The translations under genes and the position numbers were made by a program. From Spirochaetia bacterium (GTDB taxonomy: Bacteria; Spirochaetota; Spirochaetia; DSM-2461), in contig CAXXIA010000001.1 of NCBI GenBank assembly GCA_963666985.2, forward strand, positions 384,001 through 448,000: a stretch of 64,000 bases of DNA, given 5' to 3'. Position 1 is the stretch's first letter; each line of letters opens with the position of its first letter. Below the pieces are notes generated by a model that was not told where the DNA came from, made no database searches, and saw only the letters and a program-made list of their open reading frames with translations. Positions 20,976-30,055 of the stretch are shown piece after piece.

Positions 20976-21127
20976 GGAAAAAGGGCAATTCGCTATAGAT
21001 TGATCATAGGCGTTCCGGAAGAACGTGTGGAGTGGGTACCGCCGTTCGCCTCAGGTGCGGCAAAGGGCATGGAGAGTACCCGGATATCCGGCGTTCGGAG
21101 GAAACGCGAAAGCTGGCTTTGGCAATC

Positions 21128-21613
21128 CTCTCAACTTCAGCGCCTGGTGTTCTTTCGGAACTCAGCCGCTTCGTTTCGGCCATGTGCAAGCTGATGCTTG
21201 CCCGCGGCTCTCAACTTCAGCGCCTGGTGTTCTTTCGGAACTCAGCCGCTTCGTTTCGGCCATGTGCAAGCTGATGCTTGCCCGCGGCTCTCAACTTCAG
21301 CGCCTGGTGTTCTTTCGGAACTCAGCCGCTTCGTTTCGGCCATGTGCAAGCTGATGCTTGCCCGCGGCTCTCAACTTCAGCGCCTGATGTTTTTCCGGAA
21401 CTCAGCCGCTTCGGCTCGACTATGCCCAAACGGTAGTTTGGTCACAGCCCTCGCTCTCAGCGTCTGATGGGAATCCCCTTCAGTCGGCCACGTCGTGTGG
21501 CCTCCTTGCGGGCCGTCTCCGGCGGCTTTCGCCGACATCCTGTCGGCTCATCGCTCCTATTGTCGCGCGCCGCCTCCGCTTCGATTCCCATCGGGCTTAC
21601 TCTGTAGATAAAC
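21128..21613 (-). repeat. tRNA-Gly-linked modular repeat array (left)
   Basis: Units start AGCG(C/T)CTG at 21139, 21219, 21299, 21379 (80 bp each) and 21459 (long unit, interrupted by the IS, resuming at 23336). Confidence 0.92.
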
Positions 21614-23336
21614 GGGGCTGTCTCATTAGTTTGAGACAGCCCCTTTTAAAATTTGGTTGACCTCCGAAGACGGGAGGTTCCCTCCCATCCCCTTATCGTT
21701 TCTGTAGCTTCCTCATGTTATGAGCCATACTCAACAGTCCCCATTCAGTACTGACCATCTTCAATCCCCTGGTTCGGAATCTCCGAAATCCCATATTCGT
21801 CTTGATATCTCCGAATACAGATTCGACTTCAATCGGCCTGAGAGAGCGCATTCTCAGTCCTTCCTCTGAAGTCAGCAACTTGCGCACTTCAGACTTATGC
21901 CGTTCCAGGTTTGGACGAACCGTCAGGATGCGCTCTTTGCCTCCGTATTTGCAGCACCGGATTCGGAGAGAACACCTTTGGCATCCAGGGCCTGTATACC
22001 TTTTTTCAGTGGTCGGAAATCCTGAACCTGTTTTCGAGATTCTGGTCTCCTCGTGTTTGAATCGGCGACCCTTGGGGCACCGGTATGTATCATCAGAGGC
22101 ACGATAGTCCCAGTTCTCTTTCATATGAATCTGCTTCTTGAACTTCCGTTTCCGCTCCCTGTGGAAGTAGCTGAACTTGATGTACTTCTCGACACCATGA
22201 TCCTCACACCACTGGTAGTTCTCTTCACTACCATATCCTGAATCAGCAATGATTCTTTTCGGATAGCGTTTCAGATTCTTTTTCAGTTTCTCCATATGTA
22301 GCGGCAATGTCAGGGAGTCACCGGGACTCTGGTGGATGCTATATCCGAGGATGAACTGGTTCTCAGTACCCATTTGGATGTTGTACCCGGGCTTGAGCTG
22401 ACCATTTTTCATATAGTCTTCTTTCATCCGCATGAAAGTCGCATCATAGTCTGTTTTCGAGTAACTATTTCGGTCGCCGAGGATTCTCTTCTGCTGCTCA
22501 TACTTTTTGGCACGAGGGAGATAGTCCTTGCTAGCGGTATTCAATCTCCGTTGAATCTCCTTCTTTTCTCGCTCCTCCCGATCCTTGCGCAGCTCTTCAT
22601 TGAGCTTGGATACCGCATCTTCGAGAATCTCCGACATCGGCCTGCCTTGAGGATCCACATGGGGAAGGTCATGGTCGCCGTACTTCTCATCCTCTTCTTC
22701 ATTGATGCGGTCGATGTATTCGAAAAGCTCATCCATATTGCCGGCCAGGCGCTTCTGGAACTTGTCTGTCGCCCGGCCCCATACCCATGTGTATTTGTTA
22801 GCTGCTGATTCGATTTTTGTGCCGTCGAGAAAGTAGTTCTCCATCTGGACATGTCCGCTCTCGATGAGGCTGTTGGCCATTGAGGCAAAGATTTTCTCGA
22901 TGCTCTTCTTCAATGGACCGTTACGAAATCTGTTTATCGTGTGGAAATCAGGACGGTTATTACCACTGATCCACATGAAGCATATCTGCTCACGAAGAGC
23001 GTCTGCGATTTGACGACAGGAATACAGCTGTTTCGAGTAGGCCAACACCAGAACCTTCAGCATCATCACCGGGTGGTAGCTGCTGGCACCGCCTCCCGGA
23101 TAGGCGTTGAAGAGCTCACTGGTATCCATCGTGTCGATGAAGTTGTTGATTGTGCGGGATATATGGTTTGCGGGAAGCAGTTCATCGAGACTTGGAGGCA
23201 GGAGCATCTGTTGGCTGATTTCGTAATCTTTGAATGTAGCCTTCTTTTTAGTGTCCATGAAGAATTCTACCACCCTTGAATTCAGAAGGGAATTCTTCCA
23301 GACATGAAAAAGGGCCGCCTCTTATGAGACAGCCCC
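21614..23336 (-). mobile_element. IS1182-family insertion sequence
   Basis: 13-bp perfect TIR GGGGCTGTCTCAT (21614-21626) / ATGAGACAGCCCC (23324-23336) around a single transposase; no target duplication seen. Confidence 0.9.
21693..23258 (-). CDS. IS1182-family DDE transposase
   Basis: YHPVMMLKVL, PDFHTINRFR, FLDGTKIE, SKTDYDATFMRMK, IADSGYGSE, VESVFG. Confidence 0.93.
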   Translation of the reverse strand: MDTKKKATFKDYEISQQMLLPPSLDELLPANHISRTINNFIDTMDTSELFNAYPGGGASSYHPVMMLKVLVLAYSKQLYSCRQIADALREQICFMWISGNNRPDFHTINRFRNGPLKKSIEKIFASMANSLIESGHVQMENYFLDGTKIESAANKYTWVWGRATDKFQKRLAGNMDELFEYIDRINEEEDEKYGDHDLPHVDPQGRPMSEILEDAVSKLNEELRKDREEREKKEIQRRLNTASKDYLPRAKKYEQQKRILGDRNSYSKTDYDATFMRMKEDYMKNGQLKPGYNIQMGTENQFILGYSIHQSPGDSLTLPLHMEKLKKNLKRYPKRIIADSGYGSEENYQWCEDHGVEKYIKFSYFHRERKRKFKKQIHMKENWDYRASDDTYRCPKGRRFKHEETRISKTGSGFPTTEKRYTGPGCQRCSLRIRCCKYGGKERILTVRPNLERHKSEVRKLLTSEEGLRMRSLRPIEVESVFGDIKTNMGFRRFRTRGLKMVSTEWGLLSMAHNMRKLQKR

Positions 23337-23345
23337 TCTTGGGGT

Positions 23346-23412
23346 AGCGCCTGGGAATCGAACCCACGTCACGAGCTTTGGAAGCTTTCCAGGCACCATT
23401 ACATCACCCTGC
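23346..23412 (-). pseudogene. Chimeric/degenerate tRNA-Gly copy (att-like remnant)
   Basis: 3' half matches the tRNA at 34093-34164 except a 3-nt deletion and anticodon CCC>CCA; 5' half is a different tRNA-like sequence (GCAGGGTGATGTAATGGT); acceptor stem cannot pair. Confidence 0.8.
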
Positions 23413-23430
23413 ATTCTATATGTGGGCTAA

Positions 23431-23459
23431 AGCATAATATGAGTCCGGCTCATTGTCAT
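23431..23459 (-). promoter_or_regulatory. Putative sigma70 promoter upstream of the pseudo-tRNA
   Basis: Minus strand ATGACA-N17-TATGCT, 18 nt upstream of the tRNA-like 5' end. Confidence 0.45.
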
Positions 23460-23592
23460 ATTTCCAGGAAATAAAATGCCAATAGAATGCCGGTAGGACT
23501 GGGAACGGTATTCCTTAATTCGTTCAGTTCCATAATGAGTTTATCGGTGTCTAGCAAAGCGGGGAGTTCCAAAAAAGCCTGATTAGCCGCTA

Positions 23593-26500
23593 TTACACAA
23601 GGGCGGTCGTTTCGTCTTCGATATCCAGAACAGGCGAACCGATCAGCATGCTGGCACCAAGATGGGCGGGATCAGATTCCAGAACGTTATGGAAATGGAC
23701 CAGGGCTTCGCTTTTCTGTCCCAGGCCGGCCTTGGCCAAGGCCATGAGAAATCGGCAATGGGTTCTGTTATTCCGGTTGAGATCGTCGTCGAAGAGCTGG
23801 ATATCCGGAAGTGAGACGGCAAAGAAATCGATTTTCACTTCATCAAAAAGATGCTGCTCACCGTAGTCCAGAAGCTTGTTGAAAAGACTTTTTGCCGTTT
23901 TCCTCTTGCCTAGTTTTAGCCATGCCAGAGCTTGATAGAAAATCATATCCGCCGGCTGATCATTGTAGAACATAGCAGCGACAGGCTCGGAATCACCAAG
24001 GGTGGCCAGTTCAAATTCCTCTTTCGCGGCTGCCTCCTCCTTCTGTTTCTGGCGACAGAGACCCAGAAGATAATGAATGTCGTTGTCCTTTCGGCCTATC
24101 AATTTCCCTTCCCCGAGATTGACCGGATAGCTGAGGCTTTTGTTGAGTTTTTCCACCGCGTCTTCAATTCGGCCGTTTTTCATCGATTGAACGGCAAGTT
24201 CTCTCAGGGCAATGACAAATTGAGAGGAAACTTTTCCTTCACCTCCTTCCCAGGGATGGAATCTGGTTTCTTTAATGAAGTCCAGAGCCTTCTGATAATC
24301 GCCCGTGAGATTGAGGAGCGTGGCATATTCAACTTTCAGGTCGTCCCGGACTGGAATAAGCGATAAATGTTTCAGAAAATTCTCCAGTCTATTCTGAGGT
24401 TGGTGGCCGAATTTCTTGTGGAGCTGATCAAGTTCGTAAAACACTCTGGCATCAGTGGGATCGCAGGCGAAAGCGGCTTCCATCTCCTTCATAGCCGAGA
24501 TTTTATCGTTCTTCTTGTTGAACAAGACAATGGAGAGGTTTCTGTGGGACGTTGGGAAATCTGGAGCGATACGTGCGCTTCGGTTCCAGTATTCGAAGGC
24601 ATCGTCGTATCTGCGTTTGTCGTAGCAGAGGTTACCCTGCATGTAAAGCGCCACCCAATCGTTCGGCGAGGCCTCAATGGCGTGTAAAAGGGCGTCCTGA
24701 TCGTCCAGAGTATAGGCAAAACGGGATACGGGCATCTGTCCGGCGGCTTCCTTCAGGAATACTTCATCATTCATTCCCTGCTTTGCTGCGTAGAAGGCTT
24801 TATGGTAGGACACCAGAATGTCTTCTCCTGGGTAGCGCTGAAGTATTTCCAGGGCTTCTTCACAGCAACCTGTTCGGGCGAAGTCCGCGGCCAGGGAGAG
24901 GTAGGTTTCTACACGGCCACCGATTCGCTGATCGATATTGAATCCAACGGCTCGGCTTTCTAGTTTTTCCAGAACGAGGGCGGATCCGTAATCGAAAGGA
25001 TTTTCGATGAGATTCTCTTTGGCCGCCTCGACGGCTTCGGCAAGGTTACCCTTCTTCTGAAGAATGAAGGCTTTCAGGAACCGGGCCGTGGTGTTTCGGG
25101 TATTGTATTGCAGGGCCTGATTGACGAAGGCCAGGGCTTCATTCCAGGCATCTCTCCTACAGGAGATAAAGGACAGCATGGAGAAGGCGACTCCAGCCTG
25201 TCCTTGAGTCCATGTGGCCTTGTAGAAATGGTCGAAAGCCTCTTTCTCACGACCCAGCCGGAACAGGATGAAACCGTAAATCAGATGGGGCTCGCTGTCT
25301 GCGGGATTCGTGTTGAGCATTTCCATGCGTTCGATGGCCTTGCAGCAGTAGGTCTCCGCCAGGGCGGCATCCCCCCGACGGAATTGAAGAGCCGCCATAG
25401 CCGTGTTAATTCGGATGTCACCCGGGTCCCGGCGGAGTCCTTCTTCGTAGTAAAGATCTGGAATGTATGTGGCATGGCGGTACTGTTCGATGTGGCGGCC
25501 CACAAGAAGCAGTTCTTCATTTGTGCGAATTGTATCGGGCGTACCTGGGGCCTTTGCCGGTTCCGGCAAGGGCTTCACCGTGGATTTTTGGGGAGAGTAA
25601 CGGATGAGTTTCCGTCCATTGGAGTCGAAGACGGTTAAGAGCAGTTCCTCCTTTTCGCAATGAATGCCTTCAACCTTTTTCTCGAAGAACATATCTGGAG
25701 AGGTGGAGATAGTTTGATCCACAAAAATTTCTTTTCCGGAGAGAACCACACGAATGTTCTTTTCAGTTCCAGTGGAGTAAACCGCAAACCACGCTGTTCC
25801 TTCTGACACTTCCAGGTTGACAAGGATGTCTTTCGTGGCGTTTTTTACGGAGCCGAGTCCTTTATAGGGAAGGAAATACTGTGTGAAATGCTTTTCCTCG
25901 TACGGCCGAAGCCATGAAAAATCGGGCTGATTATCGGTGTACATTCCCGTCATCAGTTCGATGTAGGGGCCGTTTTTATCAGTGAGGTTCCTGTCCCAGG
26001 CCAGGCCGAAGTCCCCGCATCCCCAGGTCCACTGCTTTTTTCCGGGGGAGACGTGGTGATCGGCTACATGAAGGATTCCCGCTTCCTCTTCGTAGTCGTA
26101 ACCGCCGACGAAATCGTAATCGCTTCGGTAGGCCATGTAGGAGGTGGGAACCGGGAGGTTCTTGTACCGGGAAATATCCACACCTTCCGAATAGTCATAT
26201 TTGTAGTATTCGCCCGTGGCTATCGGGAAGCGGGAAACCGCCCGTTTGCCATGGTCGTATACGGCATGCACGTCCGGAGGGAATATGGACTGGGTATGAT
26301 CGTTGACCGCCACGGCGGGGTTCGCCCACCATAGGAATGTCTGGGTCATGTTGGTGGGGTTGAAAACGCTGGAATTGATTTCAATATAACTTTTTTCGGC
26401 GTGAAGGCAGAACTCCGTCACGACACTGGTTCCGCTGATTCTATCGTAGTCATAAACCTTAACGCTTGATATATCTCCGTCGTTTTCTTCGATGGAATAG

Positions 26501-26895
26501 TCGACATTCATGAATGTCGTGGGACGGTGGTGCTGCGGCCAGTTGAATTCGATTCCTCCGGAAACCCAGGGGCCGAGGAGTCCTACGAGGGCCGGTTTGA
26601 TGACTTCATTGTGGTAGACGAAGTCGTAACCGTTGGTCTTGTCGAAAGCCCGATGGATTTTTCCACCGATTTCCGGAAGTACAAGAACCTTTATATATCT
26701 GTTCTCGAGATAAATTCCTGTGTATTCCTTGTCATGGATGTCGTCCTCAAGGGTATCGATAACCGGATAGGGATAGACTTTCCCGCTGGATCCCTGATAA
26801 ACGCGCTTTTCGAAGAACATTGGGTTCCTGTTCGGCTTTCCCATTCCATAGGTGGGAATTACAACTTTCTCGGTCCATGCCCTTGCGGTTTTCAT
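23593..26895 (-). CDS. DUF5107 + TPR protein (YphG-like)
   Basis: KRVYQGSSGKVYPYP, IKPALVGLLGPWVSGGIEFNWPQHHRP, many TPRs, FHPWEGGEG; SD GGAGG. Confidence 0.88.
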   Translation of the reverse strand: MKTARAWTEKVVIPTYGMGKPNRNPMFFEKRVYQGSSGKVYPYPVIDTLEDDIHDKEYTGIYLENRYIKVLVLPEIGGKIHRAFDKTNGYDFVYHNEVIKPALVGLLGPWVSGGIEFNWPQHHRPTTFMNVDYSIEENDGDISSVKVYDYDRISGTSVVTEFCLHAEKSYIEINSSVFNPTNMTQTFLWWANPAVAVNDHTQSIFPPDVHAVYDHGKRAVSRFPIATGEYYKYDYSEGVDISRYKNLPVPTSYMAYRSDYDFVGGYDYEEEAGILHVADHHVSPGKKQWTWGCGDFGLAWDRNLTDKNGPYIELMTGMYTDNQPDFSWLRPYEEKHFTQYFLPYKGLGSVKNATKDILVNLEVSEGTAWFAVYSTGTEKNIRVVLSGKEIFVDQTISTSPDMFFEKKVEGIHCEKEELLLTVFDSNGRKLIRYSPQKSTVKPLPEPAKAPGTPDTIRTNEELLLVGRHIEQYRHATYIPDLYYEEGLRRDPGDIRINTAMAALQFRRGDAALAETYCCKAIERMEMLNTNPADSEPHLIYGFILFRLGREKEAFDHFYKATWTQGQAGVAFSMLSFISCRRDAWNEALAFVNQALQYNTRNTTARFLKAFILQKKGNLAEAVEAAKENLIENPFDYGSALVLEKLESRAVGFNIDQRIGGRVETYLSLAADFARTGCCEEALEILQRYPGEDILVSYHKAFYAAKQGMNDEVFLKEAAGQMPVSRFAYTLDDQDALLHAIEASPNDWVALYMQGNLCYDKRRYDDAFEYWNRSARIAPDFPTSHRNLSIVLFNKKNDKISAMKEMEAAFACDPTDARVFYELDQLHKKFGHQPQNRLENFLKHLSLIPVRDDLKVEYATLLNLTGDYQKALDFIKETRFHPWEGGEGKVSSQFVIALRELAVQSMKNGRIEDAVEKLNKSLSYPVNLGEGKLIGRKDNDIHYLLGLCRQKQKEEAAAKEEFELATLGDSEPVAAMFYNDQPADMIFYQALAWLKLGKRKTAKSLFNKLLDYGEQHLFDEVKIDFFAVSLPDIQLFDDDLNRNNRTHCRFLMALAKAGLGQKSEALVHFHNVLESDPAHLGASMLIGSPVLDIEDETTALV

Positions 26896-26924
26896 TGCGC
26901 AACGCCTCCATTGGTCGTAGGCAT

Positions 26925-26990
26925 AACGTATCATTCAGATCTTCAACTCGCTATGGCGAGGATTGCGGTTGTATTGCAGAAAATTGCTTA
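26925..26990 (-). promoter_or_regulatory. Putative AraC-activated promoter of the DUF5107 gene
   Basis: GCAA half-sites 21 bp apart; proximal site 33 nt upstream of extended -10 TGATACGTT; same geometry as 31603-31668. Confidence 0.6.
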
Positions 26991-27058
26991 TTTGGTTGGA
27001 CGACTTTTTATACAAGGTTTATGGTGTTTACTGAGAACGATCAGTATTGAGTATCGCC

Positions 27059-27898
27059 ATGAAAGTAAACGAAACCGGAGTTCTTGAGAGTTCTGAGGTC
27101 TTCTTTTCAACCCCGAGTGCGGCGGCCCAGTCGATTTTCTTCCATTTGCTTTGCTGTGGTAATTTTGACTGTAATTCGCATTACCGGGTAAAACGAAGCC
27201 AGTATAACAGTATTTTGCTTATATTGGTTGTGCGTGGATCGGGGTACGTCATCAAAGCCGGGAAGAGGGTGGCCTTGAAGGAAGGATCTATGGCCCTTGT
27301 GGACTGTTTCCAACCGCACGAGTACGGTTCAACCTCGGGATGGAAAATCCTCTGGTGCCATTTCCAATCCTCTCAGATTCTGGAGTGGTACAAACGCGCC
27401 GACAGTCAATCCGGAGGAGTCGTTCAACTTCTTGATTTTAACGCCGCTCTTCAGAGTATGAAGCAGATGATCGGACAGTTTAAAAGACAAGAGGAGGCGA
27501 ACGAAGCGGTTACCCACCTTCATCTTACCCGTTTGCTAACCGAATTCCTGCGGCCGCAGTCTCAGGGTTCTAATTCTGGTCAAACCTTTGAAAGTCTTAT
27601 TGCATATATCAATGAGAATCTTGACAAGAGAATTAAGGTTGAGGAACTCGCGGATATGGCCGGACTTTCCGTGTATCATTTTATACGGGAGTTCAAGAAA
27701 GACATCGGATACACGCCCCATGAGTACTTGATTCATGCCCGGATCAATGCCGCCAAGTTTTATCTGAAGACGACGAGAAATCCCATCAAGACGATTGTTT
27801 CCGATTGCGGTTTTTCCAGCGACAGCGCATTCTCCAATTCCTTTAAACGAATTGTGGGAACGACACCGGCTGTATTCCGGGAGTCGGGAGCTGAATGA
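27059..27898 (+). CDS. AraC-family transcriptional regulator
   Basis: Cupin-like N-term; C-terminal HTH LADMAGLSVYHFIREFKK..CGFSSDSAFSNSFKR..GTTP. Confidence 0.93.
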   Translation: MKVNETGVLESSEVFFSTPSAAAQSIFFHLLCCGNFDCNSHYRVKRSQYNSILLILVVRGSGYVIKAGKRVALKEGSMALVDCFQPHEYGSTSGWKILWCHFQSSQILEWYKRADSQSGGVVQLLDFNAALQSMKQMIGQFKRQEEANEAVTHLHLTRLLTEFLRPQSQGSNSGQTFESLIAYINENLDKRIKVEELADMAGLSVYHFIREFKKDIGYTPHEYLIHARINAAKFYLKTTRNPIKTIVSDCGFSSDSAFSNSFKRIVGTTPAVFRESGAE

Positions 27899-27946
27899 AA
27901 AAAGGCTGCCGCCCGAGCCTTTTCAGACTTGGACAACAGCCTTTTG
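27899..27946. terminator. Bidirectional intrinsic terminator
   Basis: AAAAGGCTG...CAGCCTTTT inverted repeat between convergent genes. Confidence 0.55.
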
Positions 27947-27962
27947 AATTCAACCGGTCAAA

Positions 27963-28950
27963 TCATTCGGCGTATTTGCCCATGATTTCCTGATAGTTCT
28001 CAGGGGTTACAACAGCTGCGTCAACGGCGGTTTCCATGGGAACGTCGTTTCCGGCGATGATGTCGAGGAGAACTTCAACGGATCCGGCTCCAACGCTTTC
28101 GGAGGAGAAATACGCCGCGGCTTTCATGGCCGATCCGCCTGCCTTCTTGAATTCGTCTTTGGCCATGTAGGCGCCCAGGCCCACGACCACCGATTCGGTA
28201 TCCAGACCGGCGCTTTCCAGGGCGCGAACGGCACCGACGGTTCCTTCTTCATTGGCGCCGGTTACAAGCCATTTCGTAATTTCAGGATGAGCTGTGAACA
28301 CGGCCGAAGAAACCTGGTTGCCCTTATCGGTGGTGCCGTCGTAGTCGGCATAGAAAATTCGGTCTTCCGGGAAATTGGGGGCCATTTCTGTGAACTTGGC
28401 ATATTCACCTTCGGCGCGGGGAACGCAGGAGGAAACTGTGTCCATGGTCATGATCAGAAGACCGACTTTCGGATCGTTGGTCATTTTGTTGTCTGAAGCG
28501 TACTGGGCGAGCCAGGCGCCGTTGGCCTCGCCGATAACATAGGCGTTGATTCCCACCCAGGGAGCAAGCTTTTTGCCATTCTCTTCAAGTGCGTCATCGG
28601 CCGCTACCACGGGGATTCCCGCTTCTTCCAGCTTACTGACTGTAGCCCTGCTCATGGTCTGGTCGGGAATGCAAGTCACAACACCGGCAGCGTTGTTCGC
28701 AATGGCATTATCGATGGCCCGAAGATATTCTTCGGGATTCATTTTTGCATCCACATAAATGAATTCGTATCCGGCCGCTTCGGCTGTGGCTTTCGCGGCT
28801 TCACCTTCATCAATAAACCAGGTCTGATCACCCGCTTTGTAGATTCCGTAGATAACAGGTTTTCCCGAGCTTTTCTCGCCGGAACCTTCAGAGAAGGCAA
28901 ACGCTGCACAGAGAAGAATGAGCAACACTACCAAACCGCTTTTTTTTCAT
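27963..28950 (-). CDS. Monosaccharide ABC substrate-binding protein (AraF-like); frameshifted in an A8 run right after the ATG
   Basis: Periplasmic-binding fold (WFIDE, IPVVAADD); SD AAGGAG + ATG at 28950 is out of frame with A8, and A7 gives signal peptide MKKSGLVVLL... Confidence 0.85.
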
Positions 28951-29017
28951 AAAAACGCTCCTTTATGGGGATAACCCCATGATTTTTATCTATGCCGGCA
29001 GACGCCGGCTGTTTTCC

Positions 29018-30055
29018 TTAAGACCGGGCCGCTTTCTTGCTGGCTTCCAGAAGAGCCCTTTCCCTGTTTCCTTTCCGCAGGAAGTCGCTGGTCAGGGCTA
29101 CAAGAAGGAGTCCGCCACGGGCCACGTACTGCCAGAAAGAGGGGACATTAACCATTGTGAGTCCCGTATTGAAAGCCTGAATGAGGATTATGCCCAGGAA
29201 GGCTCCGGTCATATCACCGATACCGCCGGCAAAGGAAATACCTCCCAGAATTACGCCGGTGATGGCATCGAATTCCAGATTCACATTGGCCGCCGGCTGG
29301 CCGGAGTTCATTCTTGCCGAGAAGACGATTCCCCCGACCGCACTGAGAACACCCATGATGATGAACATGATGGAAATGGTTTTTTTCGGATTGAGTCCGG
29401 CCAGTCTTGCTGCAGAGATGTTTCCGCCTACAGCATAAACGCTTCGGCCGAATTTGGTTCTGGCCAGAATGAATCCGAAGAGGATCATGAGAAGCAGCAT
29501 GATCCAGACGGAAATCGGGAGGCCTATAATCCTGGCTTTGCCCAGGGCAATGTAAACCGGATCGCTGATGGCCACGGGTTTTCCCCCGCAGATGATATAG
29601 GCGAATCCTCGGATAATGGTCTGCGTGACAAGCGTTGCGATGAACGGCTGTAGCTTGATTCTGTTGACCATGAAGCCGTTAAAGAATCCCAACAGGCCTC
29701 CGGCCATCAGTGTGACGATGATGACCAGATAGAAACTCATGCCGACACTCACGAGGGTTGCGGCAAGGACGCCGCTGAACGCCACAAGGGAACCGGGGGA
29801 GAGATCCACCTGAGCCGCGATGATCAGGTAAGTTTCTCCGATGGCTATCAGTCCCGCCAGCGAAGCGGCAACGAGAATGTTGACCATGTTCGTTTTTGAC
29901 AGGAAGTTTCTGTTGAGGGCGGTGAACAGAATGGTAACTGCTATTATGGCGAATACCAGAATTAGTTTCCCGCCGTCGACGCCGGATAGAAAACCGGATT
30001 TCTCTTTTCGGGATTTCGTAACCTTGTTCTGTTTGTTGGATGCTTCGCTACTCAT
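29018..30055 (-). CDS. Monosaccharide ABC permease (AraH/RbsC-like)
   Basis: DLSPGS, PFIATL, TKFGRSVYAVGGN..AARLAG, VILGGISFAGG. Confidence 0.92.
   Translation of the reverse strand: MSSEASNKQNKVTKSRKEKSGFLSGVDGGKLILVFAIIAVTILFTALNRNFLSKTNMVNILVAASLAGLIAIGETYLIIAAQVDLSPGSLVAFSGVLAATLVSVGMSFYLVIIVTLMAGGLLGFFNGFMVNRIKLQPFIATLVTQTIIRGFAYIICGGKPVAISDPVYIALGKARIIGLPISVWIMLLLMILFGFILARTKFGRSVYAVGGNISAARLAGLNPKKTISIMFIIMGVLSAVGGIVFSARMNSGQPAANVNLEFDAITGVILGGISFAGGIGDMTGAFLGIILIQAFNTGLTMVNVPSFWQYVARGGLLLVALTSDFLRKGNRERALLEASKKAARS

Noticed and set aside
21139..21458. Hammerhead ribozymes in the repeat units (CTGATG, GAAA)
   Set aside because: The CUGAnGA...GAAA core with its flanking stems is not present on either strand.
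23346..23412. Functional tRNA-Trp(CCA)
   Set aside because: The acceptor stem cannot pair, there is a 3-nt deletion at the T-stem/acceptor junction, and the anticodon stem is shortened.
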